Notes: generated by a model from the letters alone, not told the origin. A stretch of DNA of 64,000 nt from Terrimicrobiaceae bacterium (GCA_041752695.1 JBGSVZ010000102.1:33749-97748); one strand, 5' to 3'; shown: positions 51,450 through 61,287, counted from the first letter of the stretch. Made by a program: numbers and translations.

Positions 51450-53117
51450 ATGAAAGCTGCCGCAATCAAAAGACTTCGCCAGAAACTGGCCGGACAAAAG
51501 CAAGTTCATGGACTTTGGGTGACCTTGGAATCCCCGAGCATCACTGAAATGGCAGTTGGACTGGGCTTGGATTGGGTGACGATCGACGCCGAACATGGGC
51601 ATCTGGACTGGAACGACATCGTCGCGCATCTCCGTGCAACCGTGCGTAGTGACACCGTGGCTTTGGTGCGAATCCCGCAGTTGGATCTGAGCTTCATTAA
51701 ACGCGCTCTCGACATCGGGGCGGACGGGATTGTCGTACCCAATATCAACACCGCGGCGCAATTGTTCGATGCAGTGAGTTTCAGCCATTATCCTCCGCGA
51801 GGTATTCGTGGAGTCGGTGCCGAGCGGGCCACCTGCTGGGGGGAATGTTTTTCCGAACACGCCGACGAGGCGGAAACAAACGCGTTGATCGTTCCTCTCA
51901 TCGAATCGCTGACAGCCGGTGAAAATATCGACGAGATCCTCCAGGTGGAAGGAGCCGATCTGTTTTTTTTCGGCCCCGCAGACTATTCTGCCAGCGCGGG
52001 GTTCCTCGGACAGTGGGAAGGCCCTTGCATCGCACAACAAATTCTCAAGGCCAAAGACCGCATCCTGGCAGCTGGCAAATATGCCGGAGTGATGGCCCGG
52101 AATGATGAGGACTTGAAACTGCGCACCGATCAAGGTTTCCAGGTACTTGGCCTCGGGCTTGACGCAGGACTCCTCATTCGCTCATTGAAAAACTCCCTCC
52201 ACTCCGTCGGTCGGACGGCTCGACTGCTCCCGTCTCTCATGCCCCCAACCGGGAACGACTATGTCGCTGCCAGCCAGAAAAGCCCGCTCACTGTCCTGCC
52301 CGAGGAATTCCGCCCGACGTATCCCGAAGTCATGAACCCGCAGGGCTCGGGAAAACTCATGACTCTGGAAGATGGCGTCCAGTTTGAATGTCTGATCGGC
52401 ACCCACAATAACGCCCGTAAGCTCACGACGGGAATTGTAACATTCGCCCCTGGAGCGAAGCTACCGTATCATGTCCACCCATTTGGGGAATCGGTCACGG
52501 TGTTGGACGGCAACTTGACAATGGAAGTGCAGGGGCGGGCCTATCAACTGGGTGCCATGGATAATATCACCATCCCTCGCGGCACCCCGCACCAGGCGGT
52601 CAATGCCTCAAGCGAGCCCGTGCGTGCCCACGTTGCCATGGCATCCTCCAATCTTTCGCGTGAACTAGTGGAGGAACCTGCGTCCCGGCAATGCATGCCC
52701 GACGATTCCAACGGCGTCCCAGGAAGCGAGCATCTGGTGAGGTTTCAGACGGCGCGCCGATATGTCGCTGGCCCGAACACGGAGTTTATTGATTATCTGA
52801 ACAGCGAACTCATTCCCGGGATCGAGATGAGCGGCGGCTACGGCCTCTTTTTCAAAGGCGGCCGCCTGCCGGCTCACATTCACGATTTCGACGAGTCCAT
52901 TTGCATCGTGCAAGGCAGCGCCTGCTGCAACGTGGAAGGACGCCGTTACATCATGACGGATTTTTCCACCGCACTCCAACCACGAGGCCGGGTCCACTAT
53001 TTCATTAATGAAAATGAGGAGGCCATGGCCATGCTTTGGGTCTATGCCGGTCCGATGCCAGAGCGGATCATCATCGACGAAAGCTTCACCCGGGCTGGCG
53101 TCACTGCTTGGAAATAG
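51450..53117 (+). CDS. HpcH/HpaI-family aldolase fused to two cupin domains
   Basis: IDAEHG, RALDIGADG, PPRGIRGVG, LIES, FGPADY; cupins LPYHVHPFGE and LPAHIHDFDE...RVHYF. Confidence 0.85.
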   Translation: MKAAAIKRLRQKLAGQKQVHGLWVTLESPSITEMAVGLGLDWVTIDAEHGHLDWNDIVAHLRATVRSDTVALVRIPQLDLSFIKRALDIGADGIVVPNINTAAQLFDAVSFSHYPPRGIRGVGAERATCWGECFSEHADEAETNALIVPLIESLTAGENIDEILQVEGADLFFFGPADYSASAGFLGQWEGPCIAQQILKAKDRILAAGKYAGVMARNDEDLKLRTDQGFQVLGLGLDAGLLIRSLKNSLHSVGRTARLLPSLMPPTGNDYVAASQKSPLTVLPEEFRPTYPEVMNPQGSGKLMTLEDGVQFECLIGTHNNARKLTTGIVTFAPGAKLPYHVHPFGESVTVLDGNLTMEVQGRAYQLGAMDNITIPRGTPHQAVNASSEPVRAHVAMASSNLSRELVEEPASRQCMPDDSNGVPGSEHLVRFQTARRYVAGPNTEFIDYLNSELIPGIEMSGGYGLFFKGGRLPAHIHDFDESICIVQGSACCNVEGRRYIMTDFSTALQPRGRVHYFINENEEAMAMLWVYAGPMPERIIIDESFTRAGVTAWK

Positions 53118-53141
53118 CCTATCAGGATTCTTTCTCCCCTC

Positions 53142-54020
53142 ATGAAAAGCACCCCCATTGTAGATACCCATGTGCATCTTTGGGATCCGACTAGATTGGG
53201 CTACGACTGGCTTCGCGGTCTGCCCACTCTGAACCGCACATTCCTGCTTGATGATTTCCGCAAAGCCAGCGACGCCGCAAATATCGAGAGTTTTGTGTTT
53301 GTGGAATGCGGCTGCGATTCTTCCCAGGCTCACGAAGAAGTAGCCATGGTCACGAGACTTGCCGCAGCCGAACCGCGTCTGCAAGGCATCGTTGCCCAAG
53401 CTCCCCTCGAGAAAGGCAGCGAGGTTCGGGAGGATCTCGCAAACCTGGCGGCGAACAGTCTGGTCAAGGGGGTGCGACGCATCACACAAGGCGAGGCCGA
53501 TCTGGAGTTCTGCAATCAGCCACGGTTCGTCGAGGGAGTGCGCACGTTGGCCGAGTTCGGCCTGACATGCGACCTCTGCATCAAGCATACCCAACTGGAA
53601 TCAACCATCCGATTAGTCCGCAACTGTCCGGAGGTGTGGTTCGTTCTCGACCATCTCGGCAAGCCAGACATCCGTAGCGGGGAGCGCGAGCCGTGGGACA
53701 GGCAGCTCCAGGAACTGGCCAGCTTGCCCAATGCTTGGTGCAAACTTTCCGGGCTGGTGACGGAAGCCGATCTGACACATTGGACATATAACGATATCGA
53801 ATTTTATCTCCAGCACGCTCTCGCCTGCTTTGGAGCCGAACGGCTGATGTACGGAGGCGACTGGCCGGTGGTGACTCTCGCTGCATCTTATTCTCGCTGG
53901 ATCGAATGCACCGAAAGAGCCCTCGACTCTTTCTCTGCCTCCGATCGTCAAAAGGTCTATCGCGATAACGCCCGTCATTTTTACAAGCTGGAGAAAGGCG
54001 ATTGCCCGATTCCCGCCTAA
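53142..54020 (+). CDS. Amidohydrolase, L-fucono/L-rhamnono-lactonase type
   Basis: DTHVHLWD, VLDHLGKP, CKLSGLVTEA, YGGDWPV. Confidence 0.85.
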   Translation: MKSTPIVDTHVHLWDPTRLGYDWLRGLPTLNRTFLLDDFRKASDAANIESFVFVECGCDSSQAHEEVAMVTRLAAAEPRLQGIVAQAPLEKGSEVREDLANLAANSLVKGVRRITQGEADLEFCNQPRFVEGVRTLAEFGLTCDLCIKHTQLESTIRLVRNCPEVWFVLDHLGKPDIRSGEREPWDRQLQELASLPNAWCKLSGLVTEADLTHWTYNDIEFYLQHALACFGAERLMYGGDWPVVTLAASYSRWIECTERALDSFSASDRQKVYRDNARHFYKLEKGDCPIPA

Positions 54021-54045
54021 ACTCATCTCAAAAAGACCATCCACC

Positions 54046-55491
54046 ATGAATCCTGTTTACGCTGTACAAAACTACATCAATGGCCGATTTCAAACCGGCT
54101 CCTCTGAACTCGTCCCTGTTCTGAATCCTGCAACGGACGAAGTGCTGACAGAGGTTCCGGAAGCCTCTCCGGCTGAAGTGGAATCCGCCTTGGCCGCGGC
54201 TGCGGAAGCGCAACCGGCCTGGGGTCGGCGTCCGGCCATCGAACGCGCGGGTTTTCTCCGCGCCATCGCGACGCGCATTCGCGAGGAGGTTGAACCTTTG
54301 GCCCGCCTCATCAGCGAGGAACAGGGCAAGGTTCTGTCCCTAAGCCGCGTCGAGGTCGCCTTCGCGGCGGACTACCTCGATTATATGGCCGAGTGGGCAC
54401 GTCGTATCGAAGGCGAGATCATACCCAGCGACCGCGCCCAGGAAAAAATCTTTATGTTTCGCATCCCAATCGGGGTGGTGGCGGGAATCCTGCCTTGGAA
54501 TTTCCCCTTCTTTCTGATCGTTCGCAAACTGGCCCCTGCGCTACTCACAGGCAACACCGTGGTGATCAAACCCAGCGAGGAAACACCAATCAATGCCCAT
54601 GCCTTCATGCGTCTCGTCGCCGAAACGGGTCTGCCTCCCGGCGTGGTTAACTTCGTTTATGGCCGGGGTGCTACTGTGGGGCAATCGCTGGCTTGCAGCC
54701 TCCAAGTAGGCTTGGTGAGCTTTACGGGAAGCATCGCGACAGGCGCAAAGATCATGCATGCCGCCGCGGACCAAATCACCAAAGTAAACCTTGAACTGGG
54801 CGGGAAGGCTCCGGCCATCGTCCTGGCGGATGCCGATCTGGACCTCGCCGTCAAAGCCATTGCGGCCTCACGGCTCATCAATAGCGGGCAGGTCTGCAAC
54901 TGTGCCGAACGGGTTTATGTTCAACGCCAAGTCGCGGCCGAGTTCACCGAAAAACTGGCGGCCACGATGAAAAAGGCACGGTTCGGCAACCCGCTGGAAT
55001 CCGAAGAACTCGACTATGGACCATTAATCAATGCGGCAGGTTTGCAAAAAGTCGATCACTTGGTGGCTGGCGCAGTGGCTGCGGGCGCCTCGGTGGTGAC
55101 CGGCGGCCGCATTGCCGATAAACAACCAGGGCATTACTACGAGCCAACCGTGCTGGCGGATTGCGATCAGCAAATGGACATTATTCAGCGGGAGGTTTTC
55201 GGTCCCGTCCTTCCCATTGTCCTCGTGGAGGACCTCGAACAAGCAATTACCTTCGCCAACCAGTCGGACTACGGCCTGACGTCTTCGCTTTACACCCGCG
55301 ATATCAACCGCGCCATGCACGCCTGCACCGAACTCCGTTTTGGAGAAACCTACATAAATCGGGAAAACTTTGAGGCGATGCAAGGCTACCATGCCGGTCT
55401 CCGCAAATCAGGTATCGGAGGGGCCGACGGTAAACACGGCCTGTTGGAGTTCACCCAAACCCACATGGTTTATCTCCAATACCAACCGTAA
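54046..55491 (+). CDS. aldA: Lactaldehyde/aldehyde dehydrogenase AldA
   Basis: PWNFPFFL, KPSEETP, LELGGKAP, GQVCNCAERVYV, ENFEAMQGYHAG, GGADGKHGL. Confidence 0.88.
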   Translation: MNPVYAVQNYINGRFQTGSSELVPVLNPATDEVLTEVPEASPAEVESALAAAAEAQPAWGRRPAIERAGFLRAIATRIREEVEPLARLISEEQGKVLSLSRVEVAFAADYLDYMAEWARRIEGEIIPSDRAQEKIFMFRIPIGVVAGILPWNFPFFLIVRKLAPALLTGNTVVIKPSEETPINAHAFMRLVAETGLPPGVVNFVYGRGATVGQSLACSLQVGLVSFTGSIATGAKIMHAAADQITKVNLELGGKAPAIVLADADLDLAVKAIAASRLINSGQVCNCAERVYVQRQVAAEFTEKLAATMKKARFGNPLESEELDYGPLINAAGLQKVDHLVAGAVAAGASVVTGGRIADKQPGHYYEPTVLADCDQQMDIIQREVFGPVLPIVLVEDLEQAITFANQSDYGLTSSLYTRDINRAMHACTELRFGETYINRENFEAMQGYHAGLRKSGIGGADGKHGLLEFTQTHMVYLQYQP

Positions 55492-55545
55492 CCATTCGCC
55501 TGCCGCTCCAAGTCATTGGTGGGTCCTCGCTACGAAACTGAACGC

Positions 55546-56619
55546 ATGCCAACTGTAAACTTCCCAGCCCTCAAGCAATTCATCTGCGAGATTTTTGAGG
55601 CCAAAGAGGTGCCTTCCGAAGTGGCGAAAATCGTCGCTGAGTCGCTGGCCCTGGGAAATCTACGTGGTCATGATTCCCATGGGGTTATTCGCGTTCCTCA
55701 ATACATCGAGTGGCTGGCTCAGGGTTGGATTCAGCCGAAAGAAAAATTGGAAATTGTGCGCGATCACGGTCCAATCCTTGCAGTGGACGGGCACTACCAG
55801 TTTGGTCAGGTGATCGGCCGCCAGGCTACCGAAATGGCGATCTCCCGAACTAAATCCGAAGGCGTCTGTGTTTTGACTATTCGTCGCTCCGCCCATCTGG
55901 GACGAATGGGAGAGTTCATGGAACAAGCCGCAGGGGCTGGCGTCGCGGCTTTCACCCTGACCAATACCCATGGCGGTGGTGTACTCCAAGCGGCCCATGG
56001 TGGCTATGAGCCCCGCTTGTCCGCCAACCCGCTGGCGGCAGCGGCTCCGTTGCCGGGCGGTCGCGCGATCACCATGGATTTTGCGACTTCAATAACAGCC
56101 GAAGGCAAAGTCAAACTTGCCCTGGCCCGAAATGAAACATTACCGGAGGGTTATCTTGTTGACGGCTACGGCCAGCCCACTACCGATCCTGCCACCTACT
56201 ACGCCGAGCCCAAGGGGGCGATTCTCCCCGTGGCCGCTCACAAAGGGTATGCCCTTGCGGTTTTTGCAGACATTTTCGCGGGTGCCGTCGGTGGAGGATG
56301 CTGTAGTCACGCCAATCTCGATCAAGTTGCCAATGGCTGGTTCGCCGTTTTTGTCGATCCCGCAGCATTTAGTGGACAGGACTTTTATGACGATCAGGTT
56401 GGAAAACTCACCAATTGGCTGAAAGATTCCAAACCCCGTGCCGGTTTTGACGAGGTTCTACTCCCCGGTGAACCAGAAGACCGAACACAAAGAGAACGAG
56501 AAGCGCAGGGAATCCCTATTGAGACCGACACTTGGTCGAAACTCGAATGCCTCGCCAATGAGTTAGATGTGAAGCTCCCGACATCCAGTGAAATTAATAA
56601 GATAAACAAAAGCGGGTAA
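55546..56619 (+). CDS. Ldh_2-family (malate/L-lactate/2-hydroxyacid) dehydrogenase
   Basis: GHDSHG, DGHYQFGQ, HLGRMG, DFATS, HKGYAL, LPGEPE. Confidence 0.85.
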   Translation: MPTVNFPALKQFICEIFEAKEVPSEVAKIVAESLALGNLRGHDSHGVIRVPQYIEWLAQGWIQPKEKLEIVRDHGPILAVDGHYQFGQVIGRQATEMAISRTKSEGVCVLTIRRSAHLGRMGEFMEQAAGAGVAAFTLTNTHGGGVLQAAHGGYEPRLSANPLAAAAPLPGGRAITMDFATSITAEGKVKLALARNETLPEGYLVDGYGQPTTDPATYYAEPKGAILPVAAHKGYALAVFADIFAGAVGGGCCSHANLDQVANGWFAVFVDPAAFSGQDFYDDQVGKLTNWLKDSKPRAGFDEVLLPGEPEDRTQREREAQGIPIETDTWSKLECLANELDVKLPTSSEINKINKSG

Positions 56620-56623
56620 GAAT

Positions 56624-56974
56624 ATGTTCTCCATCGGATTAGTAATGAAACTAAAACCCGGATGCTATCCGCAGTACAAGGAAGCACATGACAAACTCTG
56701 GCCGGAGATCGGAGCATCTATGCGGGAGAATGGAGTCAACATGGCAATCTACCGTCAGAGCGATGATCATCTTTTTGTCCATGCGACGGCCCATTCAAAA
56801 GAGCACTGGGAACGCAGCCGATTAGACGCCGCGATGCCGAGATGGCAGGCTGCGATGGCAAAACTGATCGAAACCGACGAACGCGGTGAAGTTATTTACG
56901 AAGAGCTATCGGAGGCGTTTCTTTTTGGAGATTTCAAGGCCTCCATCAAGGATCAGTCTGCTCCTGTCCGATGA
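56624..56974 (+). CDS. rhaM: L-rhamnose/L-fucose mutarotase (RhaM family)
   Basis: MKLKPGCYPQYKEAHDKLWPE...GVNMAIY...RWQAAM. Confidence 0.75.
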   Translation: MFSIGLVMKLKPGCYPQYKEAHDKLWPEIGASMRENGVNMAIYRQSDDHLFVHATAHSKEHWERSRLDAAMPRWQAAMAKLIETDERGEVIYEELSEAFLFGDFKASIKDQSAPVR

Positions 56975-57939
56975 AGAATATACGGATTGGATTTCTCGGA
57001 GCTGGCGAAGTGGCAGAACGCCACGCTGAAGCCATCCAAAAATGCGAAGGCGCGGAACTTACCGGACTTTGGAATCGCAATCGAACCCGCGCTGAGGAAA
57101 AAAGCGATCGATTTGGATGCCGACTCTTTGCAACCCCTGAGGAGTTGGTGGCAGATCCTGCAGTGGATGCCGTTTTTGTGCTGACAGATTTGGAGACTCA
57201 TTACCAATACGCCAAACTTGCACTGGAGGCTGGAAAGCACGTCTTGGTGGAGAAGCCTGTGGCGGTGAATGCGGCGCAGATCGCCGAATTGCGAGACCTT
57301 GCGGCGGAGAGGGGGCAGTGGTGCATGCCCGGACATAACTACATCTATGAAACGTCATTAATTCGAACAAGAGACTTACTGCGGACCGGCAAACTGGGAA
57401 GGCTGGTCTCCGTCCATATCCTCTACAACATCGCCCATACTGAAGCAATTGCCGCGCGCTATCCGGGTGTCATTAAGCAAATTATGACGCACCACGCCTA
57501 CATGCTGTTGTATTTAGCTGAGCCACCGGTGCTCCTTTCAGCCTTGAAAAGCTCTCTGCATTATAAAGACATCACGCAGGAGGATATTGCCATGGTGAAC
57601 CTGAAACTGAAGAACGGCGCTCTCGTTCATTTTGGTGCAAGCTTTGCTGCCGACGATCATTCCGGCGATCCTTGGACCATGATGGTCAAGGTGATCGGCA
57701 CCGCTGGTGCAACCCGGTATAGCTATCGTGATTGGGTGGAATACAGCCCAGGGGAGGCTCACTCACAAACCTTTTCAGCCTATCCCCAAAGCATCATTGG
57801 GGAAGTCGATTATTTCGTTAACCATTGTCTTCGCAGGGGGCTGCCTCCGTTGTCAACAATGGACGATGCACTGGCGGCTCATGAAATTGTTGCAGCCATC
57901 GAGAGGAGTGCCGATACAGGCGAGACCATCGCACTTTAA
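56971..57939 (+). CDS. Gfo/Idh/MocA-family oxidoreductase
   Basis: IGFLGAGEVA, DPAVDAV, GKHVLVEKP. Confidence 0.88.
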   Translation: MKNIRIGFLGAGEVAERHAEAIQKCEGAELTGLWNRNRTRAEEKSDRFGCRLFATPEELVADPAVDAVFVLTDLETHYQYAKLALEAGKHVLVEKPVAVNAAQIAELRDLAAERGQWCMPGHNYIYETSLIRTRDLLRTGKLGRLVSVHILYNIAHTEAIAARYPGVIKQIMTHHAYMLLYLAEPPVLLSALKSSLHYKDITQEDIAMVNLKLKNGALVHFGASFAADDHSGDPWTMMVKVIGTAGATRYSYRDWVEYSPGEAHSQTFSAYPQSIIGEVDYFVNHCLRRGLPPLSTMDDALAAHEIVAAIERSADTGETIAL

Positions 57940-58069
57940 AGGCTGCCGAGAATGGTATGATTGGCTTGTGGTCAAGCCCACCGGATGCAACCGAACGATA
58001 CTGCCCGGACAGTAACCATTGAGCCGGAAGATCGGGCGGAAAATAGAGATTTTACGAAGTTCGGCCAGA

Positions 58070-58290
58070 ATGAAACCAACAATCTTTTTTAACAGCCAGC
58101 ATTCACCCGTTGGAGCTTTCGCAAGCTTCACGCTCGAAGCGAAAGGTGCCAAGGGAGGACCCGGGCTTGAGCTTGGTAAACCTACAGACCAAAATGTGTT
58201 TATCGGATTAGCCGACGAGAAAAGCATTACCTGTCTGCCCTTCTTTCAAGAAGCAGCAGATGACAGTATGCGCTTTGATGTCGACGCAGG
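58070..58290 (+). pseudogene. 5' fragment of a GH52 beta-xylosidase
   Basis: FFNSQHSPVGAFASFTL...GLELGKPTDQNVFIG...LPFF...RFDVD matches the GH52 N-terminus as I recall it; similarity stops after about 72 codons. Confidence 0.7.
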
Positions 58291-58358
58291 CTTCCGATGC
58301 GGGTCAAGCCTTCGACTCTCTTTCGTAGATTTCAGGCTAGGGACGCAAGTGGTTCGAA

Positions 58359-59261
58359 TCAATCCTGGTACATAAAAAGCTTGGTTGCCGACTGACTGAC
58401 CCGAATATCTCCTCTTGGTCTTTGTCCTTTTTTGAAGGCCTCCCGAATGGCATCGCCGATGTATTTTTGGACTGTTCGTTTCATGGAACGTGCTCCGACA
58501 GTTTTGTGCATCCCCCGCCTGACAAGAAATTCAAAAGTGGCTTCGGACAACGTAATGTTGAAGCCTTTTTGCCGGTAGCGGGCGAGTTCCTCAGAGACGG
58601 CAAGCCATCCGATCTGCCGTTGGGTTTCCGGCGAGAGCGGTTTGAAGACAATTTTTTCGTCAAAGCGTCCAATGAGTTCTGGACGGAAAGCCCGATGAAG
58701 CTCGGCCAGAACCGAACGTTCCAGTGTCGCAAACGGCAGGCGGGTCGGACGCAGTAGATTTTGGGATCCGATGTTGCTGGTGCAGACTATGTAGAATCCA
58801 GACAGGTCGTAGGTGCGATGATCGGCCAGGGTGACGCGGGCCGCGTCGAGCATCTGAAGGAACAGATCCCAGATCAGACGGTGGGCTTTTTCGATTTCGT
58901 CAAAGAGGAGCACGCCTTCTCGATGTTCGGAGAGGATTATTCCAAGTCTGCCGGGGGCACCGGATTCGTCGCCGAGGAAGAGCTTCACACTGTCGCTATG
59001 TTGTAACTCGGACATGTCGAACCGAAAAACGGCTTCATTCCCGAATAGATATCGGGAAAATTCGAGCGTCAGTTCGGTCTTTCCCACGCCTGTCGGTCCT
59101 AGGAAAAGAAGTGAACCGAGTGGTTTGTCGGGCGGTTGCAATCCAAGCTGCCCCCGTTCTAGGACGGAGCAAACACGTGGAATGACGTGCCCCTGACCTT
59201 TGATTCTAGACGCAAGATGAGGTTCTAGGGCGTTAAGCTTTTCGATGGAGATCGGATTCAT
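58359..59261 (-). CDS. Stand-alone ClpA/ClpB second-domain (AAA_2)-like ATPase (300 aa)
   Basis: RIKGQ, KPLGSLLFLGPTGVGKTE, LLFDEIEKAH, TSNIG, FRPELIGRFD, GARSMKR; ATGA-coupled to virD4. Confidence 0.85.
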   Translation of the reverse strand: MNPISIEKLNALEPHLASRIKGQGHVIPRVCSVLERGQLGLQPPDKPLGSLLFLGPTGVGKTELTLEFSRYLFGNEAVFRFDMSELQHSDSVKLFLGDESGAPGRLGIILSEHREGVLLFDEIEKAHRLIWDLFLQMLDAARVTLADHRTYDLSGFYIVCTSNIGSQNLLRPTRLPFATLERSVLAELHRAFRPELIGRFDEKIVFKPLSPETQRQIGWLAVSEELARYRQKGFNITLSEATFEFLVRRGMHKTVGARSMKRTVQKYIGDAIREAFKKGQRPRGDIRVSQSATKLFMYQD

Positions 59262-60040
59262 GATTGGGTGGGAGTGTGAGATTTGCCCTTGAACCACTGG
59301 AGCAGGGCGTAGTCGGGACGGAGGCTGGTAAACCAGCGGGGAAAACAGCCATCGGGTGTGATTGGCGGCACGAGCCGCTTGCGGAAGGGTTTTTCGCAAT
59401 GGCGAATGATCGCCGTGAATTTCGGCAGCTTTCGCAGACGGAACGGTTCAAAGAAGGGTTTGATCTTCCGTTGGTAGTTGTAGGATTTTCGGCCCTCGGC
59501 CCACCCCCAAGATTTTTCTATAACCTCCCTTTCGCCGATATTTTTGGAGGCGATGGCGGCGGAATCCTGATTTGCCACGGTGAAAATAAGTTCGTTGCTC
59601 AGGTTGAGCATGAGAACGTCGGCGTAGCGTTTGTCGAGCGAGCCATGAATCGATGTGTAGGCTTGGGTGGCGAGCACGATGGTTGCCCTGGCTTCACGAA
59701 TGACGCCTGCCGCCCGATGATCCGCGAATGCGGATTCCGCGCCGGTAATAATTTCCTGTCCTTCATCAGCGAAGAGAATGATTAGATTGTCCTTTTCCCG
59801 TTCTTCGGCCGATTTGTCGAACCGACTCAAGGCGTGGAAGTAATAGGACAGCTTCAGGATGGTATTGATATAAAGACGCTCGCTCTGGAATTTCTGTGGC
59901 ATGGCGATGCAGACAATTTTACCCTGGTCGATCTCGGAAACAGAAAATGACGGTTCATTGGCGCAAAACACCTCTGCAATCTCCGGGTGCATGAAGAAGT
60001 CCAGATAGTTGCTGATCGTACCTTCCACCCCGCCCAGTTG
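59258..60040 (-). pseudogene. virD4: VirD4/TraG-like coupling protein, 3' part
   Basis: IDQGKIV, LFADEGQE (Walker B), REARATIVLATQ; in frame with the 5' part once the IS is removed (EQPPE joined to QLGGVEG). Confidence 0.85.
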
Positions 60041-60090
60041 CTCTGAGGTGCGCGAGATTTCTGGACCACAAAATAGGAGAATAAGAGACA

Positions 60091-60408
60091 ATGAAAGCAG
60101 TGACCAGAAAACGATATACAGCAGAGTTCAAAGCCCAGGCCGTGGGCCTTGTGAACCTGGGGAAGCCCGTGCCAGAAGTGGCGCGGGACCTCGAGATCGG
60201 TGAAGGGATCCTTTACAAGTGGGTTCGCAGTGTTGGGCAATCTGGGCAGTTCGGGAGCGGAGGGGTCCGAGCCGTAGGCGAGGAGCCCGCAGCGGACGAA
60301 CTGCCCAGATTGCGGCGCGAAATCCTCACCCTCAAACTCGAGAACGACATTTTAAAAAAGGCTGCCGTCATCCTCGGGACCAGACCCCAGCAGAGTGCCG
60401 CACGATGA
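60091..60408 (+). CDS. IS3 transposase OrfA
   Basis: RKRYTAEFKAQAV...VARDLEI...LYKWV...ENDILKKA. Confidence 0.92.
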   Translation: MKAVTRKRYTAEFKAQAVGLVNLGKPVPEVARDLEIGEGILYKWVRSVGQSGQFGSGGVRAVGEEPAADELPRLRREILTLKLENDILKKAAVILGTRPQQSAAR

Positions 60409-61256
60409 TTGAGCTCATCGCGCAAAAAACGGGCGGCAGCATCCGCATGGTCTGTGCCGTGCTCGGCGAGGCGCGCAGCAGCTTTTACCACGCCGCCACG
60501 CCCACGGCGACCCAGGTGGCCGACGTCGAAATTGGTGATCTCATCGAAGCCGTCTTCCGACGCCATCGACGGCGCTACGGCTACCGTCGTCTCTCCCAGG
60601 AACTCTCTGATCGCGGCGTGCTTTGTGCGCCAGCCAGAATCCGGCGAATCATGGCCCAGAGATCCTTGCACGCCATCCAGCCGAAAACCTTCGTGCCAAA
60701 AACCAGCGACGGAAGGGCGGACAAACCTTCCCCAAATCTCATCTCCGGCAGCCCCTTGCCCGATCTTCCCGATCTGGCTTGGGCGGGAGACATCACCTTC
60801 ATTCCGACCAGCGCCGGATGGCTCTATCTCGCGGTCGTCATTGATCTCTGCTCACGCCGCGTTGTCGGCTGGAGCCTGGCCAACCACATGCGCTCGGACC
60901 TTGTACTCGACGCGCTCCTCCAAGCCCTCGCCACACGTCCCACAGACCGCACCATCTTTCACAGCGACCGAGGCAGCCAATACGGCTGCACGGCCTTCAG
61001 AAAGGCCCTGACCAAGGCCGGCCTGCGCCAGAGCATGTCCGCCCGGGCCAATCCCTACGACAACGCCTGGACCGAATCCTTCATCGGAACCCTCAAGCTC
61101 GAAATGCTTCAGGACGGCTGCTTTGAAAACGCCGAAGATGCCCAAACAGAAATCTTCGAATACATCGAAGGCTACTACAACACCCACCGCAAACACTCGG
61201 CCCTCGGATACAAAACCCCGAACCAGTTTGAGGCCCAGATCCACTCAGTAAACTAA
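60405..61256 (+). CDS. IS3 transposase OrfB (DDE)
   Basis: YGYRR, WAGDITF, HSDRGSQY, YDNAWTESF, YYNTHRKHSALGY; ATGA overlap with orfA. Confidence 0.92.
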   Translation: MIELIAQKTGGSIRMVCAVLGEARSSFYHAATPTATQVADVEIGDLIEAVFRRHRRRYGYRRLSQELSDRGVLCAPARIRRIMAQRSLHAIQPKTFVPKTSDGRADKPSPNLISGSPLPDLPDLAWAGDITFIPTSAGWLYLAVVIDLCSRRVVGWSLANHMRSDLVLDALLQALATRPTDRTIFHSDRGSQYGCTAFRKALTKAGLRQSMSARANPYDNAWTESFIGTLKLEMLQDGCFENAEDAQTEIFEYIEGYYNTHRKHSALGYKTPNQFEAQIHSVN

Positions 61257-61287
61257 AACACAAAACGGTCCAAAAATCAGTTGCACC

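Noticed and set aside
58349..58364. GGTTCGAATC resembling a tRNA T-loop or att site
   Set aside because: The flanks do not pair as a T-stem, there is no acceptor stem or CCA, and I found no second copy in the window.
59258..60091. 277-aa ORF as a complete gene
   Set aside because: Its start lies inside the IS; it is the C-terminal half of virD4.
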